A stretch of DNA of 64,000 bases, taken from the NCBI GenBank assembly GCA_032718475.1, contig JAUCBJ010001520.1, positions 1 to 64,000 on the forward strand. The letters run 5' to 3'. Positions within the stretch are counted from its first letter, which is position 1. Every line of letters begins with the position of its first letter. Below, one piece after another: positions 9,901-22,003 of this stretch. Made by a program: the position numbers and the translations under genes. The DNA is from Nemertoderma westbladi (Eukaryota; Animalia; Xenacoelomorpha). The notes beneath the pieces are model-generated. The model saw only the letters and a program-made list of their open reading frames with translations. It had not been told where the DNA came from and made no database searches.

Positions 9901-12085
9901 AATGTATATATATCAGTATATAGATATATTATATTGCAACTTGAGGCTGTGGCAGCGTGGCGGTGATTGATAACTACTACTGCTGCATTGCAGCTGCATT
10001 TTTAAGAATGCTGTGCCGGCTTGTCGACAAAATTGCGCAGCCACAACTCCCTATCACCCATGACATTTGCTAGATCATCCGCATCTTCAAGACCAGTGTC
10101 CTTTAAGATGAGTCTCAAGAAAGTCATGGGCTGTCCATCATGCTTATTCACTCCATGAGGCTGCCAAAGTACAAGATTATGCACTGGCTGGTCCTCACGG
10201 CGAAAGCAATGTCCTGCAAAGCGGAGGCGATATTGTTCTAGTATCAAGCTTGGGGGGAACCAATGAGACACCTCCAATGTTATATAGTGTCTGGTTGGAG
10301 ATGTGTGCATTGTACTTGACACAATGAACCCGGCGTAGCATTCTTGTGAATGTGCAAATAATATAAACTATAATGCAAATCAGATAATGCAGCAACCTGG
10401 TAGGATCCCGGCCACAAGGACCACCACTTTACCTTGGACTTTGTTGGCTACAGCGTCTATGTGAGATGAAGTCCACATAGTTATATAAGTCTTGTCAGTC
10501 CTAGTTAAAAAAGTGATTTCACTTGGATCCAGACAGAGATCATTCTCAGATGGGGAAGCTTCTGGATACTAGGATAGTAGTAATTCTATCTATTATTCGC
10601 CCTTGACTACTATCTCATTGAGGTCACATATACCTCCACCATCTTGTTCAGCAATCCTCACTGACCTTACCTTACCTTTCCTCTCATCATTCATTTTGAG
10701 AAGATGCTAATGGTCTGTTCTTCTTTAAACGTTTTGATGCATCCATAGCAAACATGCATTGAAACTTTCAATCCAAATCATCTACCTCTACCTACAGGGT
10801 CTCAAACTCCCCAGTATCCCACTGCTGGAAACACTGTTCCAGGAGTTTCCTTCTTGTCCTCTCTCAATGTGGGTATCCCATTGCAGCAGGAGTGCTTCTT
10901 ATAGAAGATCCCCAATCCCCATACTTAGGCTATCAGGGTCAGCACTATTTTGCGACCTATGGAACCACCAGGGATTCTATATCGCCAATTGCACAGGCAT
11001 GTGGCTATCTTTATTTCTCAGTGAGAACATCTGGGAATCTGTCAGGACCTTCCAGGTCTGAGCCCCTGGTGCCCCTGATGCTACTGTAAACCTAACCTGT
11101 ATTTTCTTTTGGTCTGTTGAATCAACCTATATCATCATCGCCTTATAAATGACAGGTTTCACCAATTGTATTGCCCTATTGTTTCTTTATCTCCCTTGCT
11201 GCTCCAATATTGGATGACTCCCTTATCATATTCAGCTAGAATTATTGTAGTATATATAATTTCATGACTCACACATGTATAGATTTTGTCCCATTTTTTT
11301 TCCTTTGAACTCATGAATAACATGATTGAAATTGCAACTCTCTGCTAACTTCTCAGCTTCACGTGCAATTTTCTTATTCCATTTCTGAAAAAATGTGAAT
11401 GACATATAAAATGACATCAAATGATTATTAAATTAGTCACTGACAGAGTAATTACTGTAAAAATTAATTAGTGCCTAGTGCCTCAGTTTTTGTTGGATTT
11501 TTTCCACATCCACCACTTCACACCTTGCACAAATGAGCAACTGTACCGAAACAAATAACCGAAACATATTGGATTCTGTAGACAATATTTTTGTTTTTTC
11601 GATTCAGCAATGACAGTATGCATTTTGACAAACTTTGCGAAGGGCATGAATAGGTCAGCGAAGCGCAGGACACATGTGTGAAAGAAGAACTACGTTTGTG
11701 ACATGACACATCTCTCACACCACATTTGATTTCATATTCTTCACAGTCAACAAACCAATCATTGACAAATGTGTTTATTAAAAGTAGTTATCAAATAAAC
11801 TACTTTAAATTACTTAAATTAAGAAGAGAGTCCTCTACACTAACACATGGAAACCTGCCCCTAAAGTCCCTTAGAACTTACCAATGGACACAGAGGGAAA
11901 GTTGGTTCGGGAAGTTTTTCACCGTTAGCCATTGATCCTGGAAGGTCCCTCCTGTAGTCGTTATGTGCTTTGATAAGCGCCTTCTTAATTTTTCTGTTGC
12001 ATGTAGCGTCTGTTAAGGTAGTTTGTAGTAGTAGAGCAACCACAACTGAAAGAGCTATCATTACGAATCGTTGTGAAGTCGCCAT
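3973..12085 (-). CDS. Secreted CAP/SCP/PR-1 (antigen 5 / venom-allergen-like) protein, paralogue 1, 199 aa; exons 12085-11882, 11384-11273, 4885-4749, 4119-3973
   Basis: All introns GT-AG with phases 0/1/0, and the joined frame is open. Hydrophobic signal peptide [30 protein letters not shown] motifs AHNDYR, KWN..AREAE, CNFNH, GQNLY, WYDE, GHFTQVIW (CAP1), [14 protein letters not shown] (CAP2). Ends EEPFPFPDDY-TGA. Confidence 0.93.
5995..6185 (-). pseudogene. N-terminal remnant of the DIRS/Ngaro tyrosine recombinase
   Basis: Hand translation LLRYAELINNSWGESSFDSYSRVWLKLRNFY...LPVDATILGCFIAFL resembles the N-terminal binding domain of DIRS-type YRs and sits directly after RNase H. Confidence 0.6.
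6240..7836 (-). pseudogene. Ngaro/DIRS reverse transcriptase-RNase H (frameshifted)
   Basis: GFRLHYQG, MIHDLSAP, KTDIFSAFRLIP, LEMGASSS, HVLDDFL, FLGIELDT (RT); LFTDAA..GYGA, LLELYPI, RTDN (RNase H). Confidence 0.85.
7960..9297 (-). pseudogene. Ngaro/DIRS gag-like ORF1 (frameshifted)
   Basis: LKEKIWDHKYIELSALL, FEQWLMAWNIY and WMLYDEKFRQ motifs. After the frameshift at ~8090 there is a zinc knuckle CIKFHTGDKCTGILCAFKHLCPNCGGSHRLIKC (about 7965-8065). Confidence 0.75.
9972..10355 (-). mobile_element. 3' fragment of RTE-clade LINE (same family as 45241-47021)
   Basis: Near-identical reverse complement of 46624-47000 (RLRFAGHCFRREDQPVHNLVLWQPHG) with a (TAG)n-like tail. Confidence 0.9.
10390..11220 (-). 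mobile_element. Old non-LTR retrotransposon relic (CRE-like) in intron 2, paralogue 1
   Basis: 10390-10855 aligns with 36395-36842 and 55912-56360, which adjoin a CRE-like RT motif; the extension to 11220 is inferred. Confidence 0.45.
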
Positions 12086-12175
12086 GTTCCTAGATCTTCA
12101 TTTAGATAAATTTAAAATAAATTAGAGGTAGGTTAGGTACTGTATCGTATATAGTAAAGGATGGATTGAGTTAAA

Positions 12176-12840
12176 TTGTTACTTTTTCGCTCAAATTTAG
12201 ATCAAAATCGGGAGAAAAAGTTGTACTTTTTCTCTAGGGAAAAAAAGTAAGCCATAGGATTGCTTCGATTTAACTTTTTTTCTAAAAAGTAAATTAAAAT
12301 ATTTTTGGTGGAATTTCTTAAATTGTATTAAATGTGTTAAAAGAGCATTGACGTAGAAAATGTTTGCACGTAATTTTAGTAAAATGCATGCACGCACTCA
12401 AAAGTTATTGCAACTTTAGTATCTGCAAGGCGAACTCCAAAACGGAACTCAATATCCAATATTGGTTTATGTTGTTAAGCGGCTCTCTAGTTATGTAATA
12501 AATATTCAAGAACACTAAATTATTTAACATTGAGTAAGGCAGTATCAGGAGTTGAAGAATACAATAATTAGAATAGCAGTGACTATGGAAGCAATATAGT
12601 AAAATACTATAGTTCAATTTATTTTGTACCACTATATCGCTGTACGTTTTATTAAAGAATTAAGCAACAAAAAAGTACCAATTTAATAATAAAATTACGT
12701 ATTACAAGGGAAAAAAACGTAGGACATTTTTTTTCAATTATTCTCTCGACCCTTTATTAACTTCGCTGACGCTCGGTAAATAAAATGCCTCGAGAATAGT
12801 GAAAAAAAGTTATACTTATTTTCCCATGTAATAAATAATT
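12176..12840. mobile_element. ~665-bp insertion just upstream of CAP paralogue 1, Crypton-like non-autonomous element
   Basis: Absent at the equivalent position of blocks 2 and 3. No TSD seen. Long imperfect subterminal hairpin (~12700-12833) centred on TTCGCTGACGCTCG, ending TAATAAATA. Confidence 0.55.
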
Positions 12841-14339
12841 ATTTTATTGATAATCTATTGTATTGCTAGTGATAGTGCTAGTGCTAATGTTAGTAATATT
12901 TCCATGCTGTACTCCGTGTAATGCAGCACTTAATACCGTTCTGATCTGAATGATTGGTGCATTGTATGTGTGACGGCAATAATGAAGTCGCAGGTTCAGG
13001 GGGTTTTATTATAAAATATACAGTTTTATTCCAAAGTTTAAAATTACGAATCTGCTTTATATGAAAAACTATACCTATGAAAGGTTTTTGTTATAAAAAA
13101 GAATGATATATTTTTGTGGGAACTCCCTAAATTTTATATACTAGAAAGCCATCAAGCTGGCTATAAGAAGACTATCAGGCCCTAAGAAGGTCAGTTTGAC
13201 GGTTTCCTTAAATTAAATCTGCTAATCCCAAAAAATTAAAAATTTTGGAAAACAAATTTAAACAAAGGCACACACATCCCGTTACTGATAATGTCTTTAG
13301 GTTATATATCTATATAGCAAAATAAAAATATACAGTGTATACGTACCGTCGTACCTGCTGCAGTTTTCTTTTGCAGAATTTAAACCTTTTTATCAAGTTT
13401 TACAAATAAACGTAGAGCTCACTACCTCGGCTTATATTATATATAACTCTAACCGGTTGAGATCAATGAAAGTAATTATTATGTCTTATTAAGAAGTCGC
13501 CAGAAAATTTTTTAAATACATTTTTGGGTGGATAACAGCTATTGTTATAGATTCGGTATAGAAAACGTTACATACAAATTGGTCGGGTATGTTTTCTAAG
13601 GATCTCATAGTTAGAATTTGTATTTGGTGATCAATGATTGACCATTTTGCAAAGAAATTGTTTTCTGTAGAATTGTACAATTTTTGATAATTATGTTTTC
13701 ATGTATTAACAGCTGCAGTACATTGGGCATGACGCAGAGGTAAATTAAAAATTTAAATCAATGTATAGGCGCTTTTTCAGAAAAATAATATGTAGAAAAG
13801 TAAAATTACATGGAGATATGGTCTCTTCTGCAAAAAATTCATACACTCCAAAGTCCTCATTCAAATCAAGCCGTTTGTTAACAAGCAGAAACGCGATTAG
13901 CCGAAATGTGATTTCCAATTCAATTCAATATAATTATGTGTCTAAATCTTCAGGCAGTAAACTGAGTTTAAGGCGGTTTAAAAACAACTGAGAATTATAA
14001 GACCAACGACTACGCTACCCTAAGAAGTACAAACAACCAATCAAATGACAGTATACAAAAAACCAAACAGAAAAACCTACTTGGTTGGTTGGGCCACACC
14101 ATATAAACACCAATTCACACTTTCATCCAAACCCAGCACACCACCGCCACACCCTGCCCCCCCCCCCCCTCACCACATACACACAATTTTTGTCAGCACA
14201 CCACCATGAAGAGAATATTGTCCTAGTGATTTATTAAGTTACAAGTTTACAATTAAGTTAGTTATAACAATGGGAATTTTAAGGTTTGTAATGAGGTGTG
14301 CATATTACTCCGTCACAAATTTCCTTTGCATATTCTCCG

Positions 14340-14810
14340 ATTACTTAATTTTTCTCTTATACATCCGCATCTCGAATACTGTTTAATTTTGTGGTGCAGT
14401 GCTCCCCTATCATCAATTAAGCTTTAAATACTAAGATTAATAAGCTTCTACGGTGCATCACTTTTACACTCTACCACACGTCCGCTACCCCAATATACAA
14501 CCAATTAAATATTCTCCCCTTAAAACAGCTGTATGAACTTCATATAGCAACATTTATGTATGATATCCACACCAAAAGCATTTACCCCTCATCATACCTT
14601 GCACTGCTATTCCAACGACGCAGCACTGTTCACAATTACTTCACCCGCTCTGCAGCTCACGGTATCTTCTCTATTCATCTAGTAAATTATAACATCATCA
14701 CAATGATCCTTGAGTTTCAGAGGCCCACGCATCTGGAACTCAGTTCCGGTAGAGACTAGGGACAAGAAATCGAGACGATCATTCCGTTCATGTTAAAAAA
14801 ATTTTCTATA
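14340..14810 (+). mobile_element. CR1-group LINE 3' fragment
   Basis: Hand translation IHPHLEYCLILW...LNILPLKQLY...FMY...HNYFTR...FRGPRIWNSVP is the typical ORF2 C-terminus of CR1/L2/Crack elements. Confidence 0.7.
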
Positions 14811-16579
14811 AACAAATTTATAATTACATAATAAAATTGAACTAAATAAATTTCAGTGAATTGGACAAAGTTTCACTGTTAATTTATAGGCATATCAGAC
14901 CAGAGTATCTCACATATAAATCAAATAAATAACACCCTTTAGTTCCATGTTCTTTTTAATTATCTTCCAATACGGCGCAATTTCAATCCCAATTTTGATT
15001 TTAATTACTTTTTAAGTCATTAGATAAGTTAAGTTAAGTTAGTTAAGTTAAGAAGTTAAGTTAATATTACTACTACTAGATCGAGCGAACTCGGACAGTG
15101 GAAATGAGATCCTTCCAGGCTTCCCGATTCTCCATAGTTGTCGCAATTTCGTTTCTCCCAAGTTCAGTATCCCTTTCAAGTTGATCTATATATGTTATGA
15201 CCGGTCGTCCACGACTACGCTTTCCATGAGTTGGTTGCCAGAGAAGTAGATCTGGTATGACCTCGCCTTTACTTCGCCAGCAGTGCCCACTTAATCTTAA
15301 TCTGCATTCGCGGAGGGTGGTTGATACAGGTGGTATATTACCATAAAGCTCGGCGTTTGTCATGTGTTGTCTCCAGCTGATGTTTAGGGCTGCCCTTAGT
15401 AGTCTTGTGTAGCAACCATCAATTCGTTGTTCAAGTGATTTAGTCAGTGTCCAGGTCTCACCCCCGTATAAAAATACACTTTCCACTGTGGCTCGAAAGA
15501 ACTTAGTCTTCAGGTGTCTGGAGAGATCTGATTTCCAGATGGTATCCATTTTTGATAGAGCACCCAAGCCTTTGCTTTCGTAACTTCTATGTCCTTTTTG
15601 TTACTCTCTATCCATGATCCAAGGTACTGGAAGTCATCGACCTTCCTTAGTTGATTATTATCAAAGGTTGTCAAGTTTCCATCAACATTAAAGGTCATGA
15701 ATTCGGTCTTTGTAGCATTTATATGCAATCCAACCTCCTTAGCAGCCCTCTCCACTTTATTTAGTAGAAGCTGTGCATCTGCTAGCGTATTAGAGAGCAG
15801 GGCGATGTCATCCGCAAAGTCGGTGTCTGTGAATGTAGGTGCCGGATATCTACTACTTCTGCGTTCTTGAAGTGTGAATCCCAGATCTTCACCCTTTGTG
15901 GCCGTCCTCATTGCGTAATCCAGCACAATTACAAATAGTAATGGTGCTAATGTGTCACCTTGCAGTACGCCAGCCAGGATTGAGAAAAACTCAGTTTCAC
16001 GAGAGTACCTGCGCTTCTGTGTCACAATATAACAATCCAATGCCTGCAACAATTACTTCTGGTATTCCATAAGCTCTTAGGATGTCAAGCATTTTACCTC
16101 TATGGATGGAGTCGAATGCCTTCTTGAAGTCCACAAAAGTCATGACTGCGGGGAGATTCTTTGACTTAACCTTTTACCTGCCACCCCTCGAAATTTTTTT
16201 AAAAATTATAACTTTATCATGTTTTTGACTTTAGATTCGTTGGGTATGAAAGGATCAGAACGATTTTTTCAAAACTACCCACTCTTTGACTCAGGGAGTG
16301 TATGTTCCCATATGGGAACATTGGCCGTTAAACAGACAAAGTAAATATTTATAACATTTTAAATAAACAGCATAGTTATAAGCATTAAAAACCATTACAT
16401 CATTATTAGATCGTATTAAATCATCATTAGATTGTGTATATGACAAGTACAGACATATGTATTGTATGAAATATGTAAAATACCAGAGGATATAATATAA
16501 ACTGTACTGTACTCTGTATAATTGAAAAATAACACAAAAACAATATACTTGTATATATTACAAAATAGTAATAGTTTGC

Positions 16580-18350
16580 TTAGAGATCTTTATACTTGAG
16601 GTCATGATATAGTTCAAAACAAACAGCACTGCGATCATGGTGTAGACGAACTTCACATTTCTCACATTTTTTCCTGCAATTCTTCCTGCAGTAGACACAT
16701 CGACCTTGAGTGGTGGGGATTGCATTATGGCCAACACCATCATATCGCACATCATTCGGAAGATCATAGTGATGGCCGCCACTAGTTGATATTTGTTTGC
16801 TGGCATCATATCTCATAAGTGTTACAGTTACTGAAGATAGGAAGGACATATGACTATCAGCATCCTTACCACCATGGATAGTAGTGTGAATGCGCCATGC
16901 TGCTACCAATGACACATTCAGTGCATTTATGAAAAGGGGCCACCACCACTTCTTGCCAGTGATCGTTGGGCGATAGGATCCAAGAAGACGATCCATCAGA
17001 TCAACTCCACCCATGCCCTGATTATACATGCTAACAGCATGTGGTTGTGGAACGTTGATAACCCCTCCTTTCACACGACGCTTTGCAGAATGCAATGGTG
17101 TCACTGCATGACAGGTAGATAACATTTGTACAGTGGAATTGTCATTCCACTTCACTAATGCCAGTGAACCATTGCTAGCCACTTCATATTTGCCACGCTT
17201 CTTGAATTGTGATGTAGCTGTTAGTACATTCTTTCCCCCACAGGTTCGATTTTCACGTACAGTTCCAGTAGCATGCCACCCTTTATCAGCCAAATCCATA
17301 TCAGGTCATAGCCAGTGAAAAGGTTGTCAAAAACACCCCATGCTTGGCAGGATTGCTAACTGATTCAACCACAGATAGCATTGTGTTAGTGACATGCTCA
17401 CCAAGAGGCCCATTACGTTTACTGTCTTTACCAGTGTATATCTCCATATGCAATGGATAACCATTGGATGCTGCCAGCGTCCAAATCTTATACCCAAAAC
17501 GTATTGGTTTTCCACGGATGTATTGTCTAGCACTGTGGCGTCCATGGTAAGGAACCATGGATTCATCTATGCTCAACTGCTCCCAACAGATGCCAAACTT
17601 TATCAAATTCTTATTTATACGCTTGTATATGGGATTTACTTTGGCAGCTTTGTCACCTTCAACCAGCTGGTTATTATCTGCCAAATGCAAATGTTTCTTT
17701 ATTGCACGGAAACGATTCCGCGTCATGGTTTGGGCCACAAATTCAACATGAAAATCTGGAGAATTCGACCAATAATCACTCTCTGATGGCACCCAATGAT
17801 ACCCAGAAAAAAGCAAAATTCCAATAAACTGACGTAATTCTCTGTTAGAAATTGTATAATCCGGTGAATTCTTTTCACGATGTGCATATAGCAAAGATTG
17901 TCTCCGAATCTCTTCCACTAGTTCATCATCGAATATTTCACAAAACAACTCATAAGGTGTCTTCAGTAACAGTTGTGGCTCCTTGTCTGCAAGATTATCT
18001 GCACATTCCTTATGGATGGTTTTAAGATTAGCTTCATCTTTTATCCATGTTGGTTTTCTCGATTTCTTTGAATGCTGTTTCTCTTCTTCCTCGTCAAAAT
18101 CGGCATCGACCAAATCGTCTTCCATCTCTACTTCCAATTCCCCAGCTACTTCAATTGTCTTCTCATTGGCGTCTTCATCTACTTCTATATCACTATCAAT
18201 TCCCTTGTCACCAGATTCGGGTGGCAAAATAACAATTTTTTCGACGTCATCTGTCTCTACAATCTCGACAGCCTCCGCCATCGTTGTAACTCGAACAACA
18301 TTTCGACGTTTGTTGTAAAAGTTACTGGGATTTATAGGCATTATTGACAT
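16580..18350 (-). pseudogene. piggyBac transposase with two adjacent single-base frameshifts near 17300-17335
   Basis: LSIDESMVPY.G, GKPIRFGYKIW, (F)DNLFT, TGTVRENR, YNQGMGGVDLMD, KKWWWPLF, and a C-terminal Cys-rich domain RCVYC..KCEKC...CFELYH. All three catalytic Asp positions are recoverable. Confidence 0.9.
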
Positions 18351-18789
18351 AATTGAAGAATTAAGAATTACAAATTAACTAAAATGCAGAAATTAATGCA
18401 TGTAGAAATCGAACAGAACAACGATGCAATAGAATAATGGTTGATAGCATCAAGATCAACCCAGTCAGCCAATCTGGCAGTAGATCTGTAGATGTCAGGA
18501 TGTAGAGGTATACTAATACAGTGATACTACTGTACTAGACTAGTGACAGGCAGACAGGCTAGCCATAGTGAGTAGGTAGTACAGTACTGCAGTACTGTAG
18601 GTACTAGTGTACTGACTGCTGACTGGCCTGTCTTTGTAGCCTCAGCCTGGCACCTGGTAGGCCAGTACAGCAATAGGCAGTGTAGCTGTACTATGATGTA
18701 TGATGGACTAGATGACTGTGACTGTGGACAACTGATTGTGCATTGTACATTGTGCATTGTGTGTCTCTGTCTGTCTTTTACAGTTTTAT

Positions 18790-18897
18790 ACTGGAGCTCT
18801 GGTCCTCCGGTCTTATTTTTGCCGGAGCCGGACCGGAACCGGAGCACCATTTTCCGGGCCGGATCCGGACCAGAGCTGGAGCTCCGGTCTAACACTA
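18790..18897 (-). mobile_element. Probable one-ended hAT-like MITE fragment inside the piggyBac 5' region
   Basis: GC-rich cluster of CCGGA motifs ending in ...GGTCTAACACTA (TAGTGTT on the minus strand). No partner end or TSD found. Confidence 0.35.
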
Positions 18898-21240
18898 TGT
18901 ATAATGCAGAATTGATCAGAAATGTATAAGATGTATAAGAAATGCAGAAAGATGCAGAAATATGATACTACTTGTAGAATTATAGGGTTAGAAATGCGTG
19001 CTGTACTCATTATGCAGCAATGGGCCTACTTAGGTCTCTCATTTGGCCAATTTTCCCATATGGGAACATGAGGTAAAAAGATGTGTACAGTATCTCATAA
19101 AATCATTGCACATTCATATATATTATTTTAAACAACAAATAAATTACTTGATTCAACATTTGAGGACTTTCTACTACAATAACTCTATGTTATTTGTATA
19201 TTTCATGCAAATAAATTATCCTGTTCAAAATTCATATTTTTGCATGAAAGTAGAGGTCCACTGTTCCGAAAATTTTGTCAATCATTGGTAAATTTTCAGT
19301 TAATCTGACAAAACATATTTATTATTTTGTCCCATATTGCAAGTTAAGAAGAATATTATATATTATAGTACTTATTTTTTAGCAACAAGTACATGTTCCC
19401 ATATGGGAACATTGGCAGATAAAAGGTTTTAATTGCTTCAATCAGTCTCCATAGTGCAAGTATCTGAGCTATTGTTGATCTACTTGGTCGAAATCCGTTT
19501 TGGCTCTTACGCAGTAGTTTCTCTATGTGAGACCTAATCCTATATAGAATCATTTTATTGTATATTTTGGCAGCTACCACAAGCAGACAGATCCCACGAT
19601 AGTTTGTTGGTATGCCGAGGTCTCCTTTCTTGGGGAGAGGCCTTAGTTGACCTTTACTCCAAATTGGTGATGGCTTTTCCCCTTTTAACATCCGGTTGCA
19701 AACATTCAATAATGGTCTGTTTAGCACTCCGGTTTTCCATACCTCCGCTGGGATTTAATCTAATCCACTCGCTTTATTATTGGACATGCTTTTAATGCTT
19801 CTTTGGAGTTCGGCAGGTGTGAAGTCCCCTGTTTCTATAGGTAGTGTCTTGTCATATATTTTCCTTGTAGGGCTGACCTCGATGTTTGGTGGCTGCCCAA
19901 GCAAGTTGCTGAAGTGATTTTTCCACTTCCCAACACGTTCTTCAGGACTATCGGCTTTGAGGCTCCCCTTTGCACAACTTTTCCGAGCAGATACCTCATT
20001 TACAGTTTGCCAGGTAAGTCTTGATTGTTGCTGTATGTGAGCAGTTGTAATTGCTTCAGTTTTATCCTGTATGTACTTTTCCTGGCTGATGTTGTAGGCC
20101 AATTTAAGATCGTCCTTAGCTTTCTCAACCTTGTTAATGTTTTCGGTTGTTGGTTGTTCGGTTTTAACTTTCTAGGCTATCTTAAGATCTTCTCTCTTAC
20201 AAGTAACCTCAGAGTTTTGCCATGGCACATACTGTTTTCGTTTGGGTTTCTGGGGGATATGCCTCTTAGCTGATTCCTTGTGGGCTGTTATTATATTCTG
20301 GTATATTGAATTGGTGGATTGGTCTTCATCCATTGACTGAAGTGCTTCAAAGCGGTTTTGAACTTCTACTGTATAAGCATCCTTTACAGCATTGTCAGTT
20401 CTGAGTTTCTCCCAGTCATATTTGATTGCTTGCTTGTCCTGGGTTTGCTGGCTCTCAAACTGAGTCTGATCTCTGCAGTCACAATTCTGTGGTCCGAACC
20501 AATTAGGTTGAACAAGCTGTTTGCCTCGCAGTTGATCATGCTGCTTCACCACTTTTTGTTTATAAGGATGTAATCCAGTTGTGCTTTGGTTCCATTAGGG
20601 TATTGAAAGGTCCATAGCATCCCCTTACTCTTTTCGAATGTGTTGTTTGTTGGTATCAATTCACATTCTTCCATTAGGTCTAAAAGTAAGTACTCATTTC
20701 TGTTAGAACTGGTGTTATAGGTGTAACCCTTGATGTCTTCTGGGCCAATTTGCGCATTCAGGTCACCAGCAATGACTTTGACATTGTGTTTCGGAATGTT
20801 CTTTATAAGTCCAGTCAGTTCTTCATAAAACTTGACTGCTTGTTCTGGCTCTGAGGCATTGGTTGGACTGTAGCAACATATAACTGTTGCCTTGGGATTC
20901 CCATCAAATGTTGCGATCATAACCCTGGAATTTATAGATTCGATGTTGTTTAGGGTCTTAAGTACAAATGGGCTTAGCAGAATTCCTACTCCACCAATTG
21001 ATGCATTGGCCGAGTTTCTTACTGCTGAGCTTGTTACTAACGTCCATCCATTTCCAATGCCATTGTACTTCATGGCAGTGTCTTCATGACAAATCCGATG
21101 TTCTTGGATGCAGATGATGTCGAAGTTATATTCCATTGCCTGAGCGACCATGTCACCCTGTTTGGTATGTGTTTTCAGCGTGCGTGCGTTCATTGTAGCA
21201 ATCTTTAGTGTCTTTTTACATTTCGGAAGCAGGACATGGA

Positions 21241-22003
21241 AGGACATGGGTTTAAAGTGGTATCGTATAAAAAGAATAAGAAGCAAAGTTTCATTGTTGG
21301 CTTTGGAGGACCTAGCTCACGTAAAACTCGTGCTGCTTCGTTCGATTTATTCATATTCCATGTAAATCTTTGAATCACCAAGAGTGACATTGTAGATGAC
21401 CTAAACGCTGCTAACATAGATGCAAAGGCAACTGATGTGGTTCTTAAGTCGCACTCCGACGCAAGGACACGCAGTTTCAAAGTTTCAGTACTGGCACATC
21501 ACCACCAAACTGTAATGGATCCAGCTTTCTGGTATGAGGGGCTTTGTATCAGACAGTGGCGCTACTTCTCTAACAGGGACAGGCAATGGGCCTCGGGTAA
21601 ACAATCTCATGGGTCAGGTCAGCGTTACAGTGTTGGGCCATGATTATTATGATGTACACTGGTATTGTATTTGTCATTTATTATCTCTAGGTGTATATAT
21701 TTAATGTGATTATTTTTACAATACTGTTTTCTTTTTAATGGCTTCCCCTAACTCTACCAATAATTCAATCAGTACTAGTACTTTATCTCTCTTTTCTTAT
21801 AATAGTACTGGTTTCACTACAGATAAAATAGATATAATTAACACATTACTGGTTTCCTCAGACATAGTATGTGTTCAAGAACAAAAGATCTTAAAGATAA
21901 TTCTGATAATTAATTTTGAGTGCTTAATTGAACCAGCTAATGATGGAATTTGCACAGGGAGACCTTCAGGTGGTTTGTGCTTTATCTATAAGCGTTGCCT
22001 TAA
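21241..22003 (+). mobile_element. LINE relic (ORF1 C-terminus + ORF2 endonuclease start), relative of the 42.2-48.6 kb element
   Basis: RKTRAASFDLFIFHV…DDLNAANI…SHSDARTRSFKV…FWYEGLCIRQW matches ORF1 at 43310-43560. SYNSTGF…DIVCVQE…GRPSGGL matches 43655-43918. The relic continues at 30647. Confidence 0.8.

Larger units (their letters stand above)
2998..13910. repeat. Tandem segmental duplication, block 1 (CAP gene plus flanks)
   Basis: Downstream flank, introns and upstream region align by eye with 31225-39440 and 50053-58181, apart from block-specific insertions. Confidence 0.85.
16170..19426 (-). mobile_element. piggyBac DNA transposon (PGBD2/PGBD3-like)
   Basis: 14-bp TIRs CCTTTTACCTGCCA / TGGCAGATAAAAGG (1 mismatch). 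TTAA duplicated at 16166-16169 and 19429-19432. Three copies of a subterminal palindrome. Confidence 0.93.
15066..21240 (-). mobile_element. Near full-length RTE-clade LINE (APE endonuclease + RT), degraded, split by a piggyBac insertion
   Basis: EN motifs IATMNARTL, IICIQEHR, GGVGILL, YSPT, AGDLNA, QLDYIL. RT motifs NYRGICL, QNGFR, FVDFKKAFDS, GVLQGDTLAP, DFADDIAL, YLGS, WQPTHGKRSRGRP. Short (TAG)n tail at ~15066-15078. The frame is continuous across the piggyBac (…EAIK|SKNLPAVMTFVDF). Confidence 0.9.
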
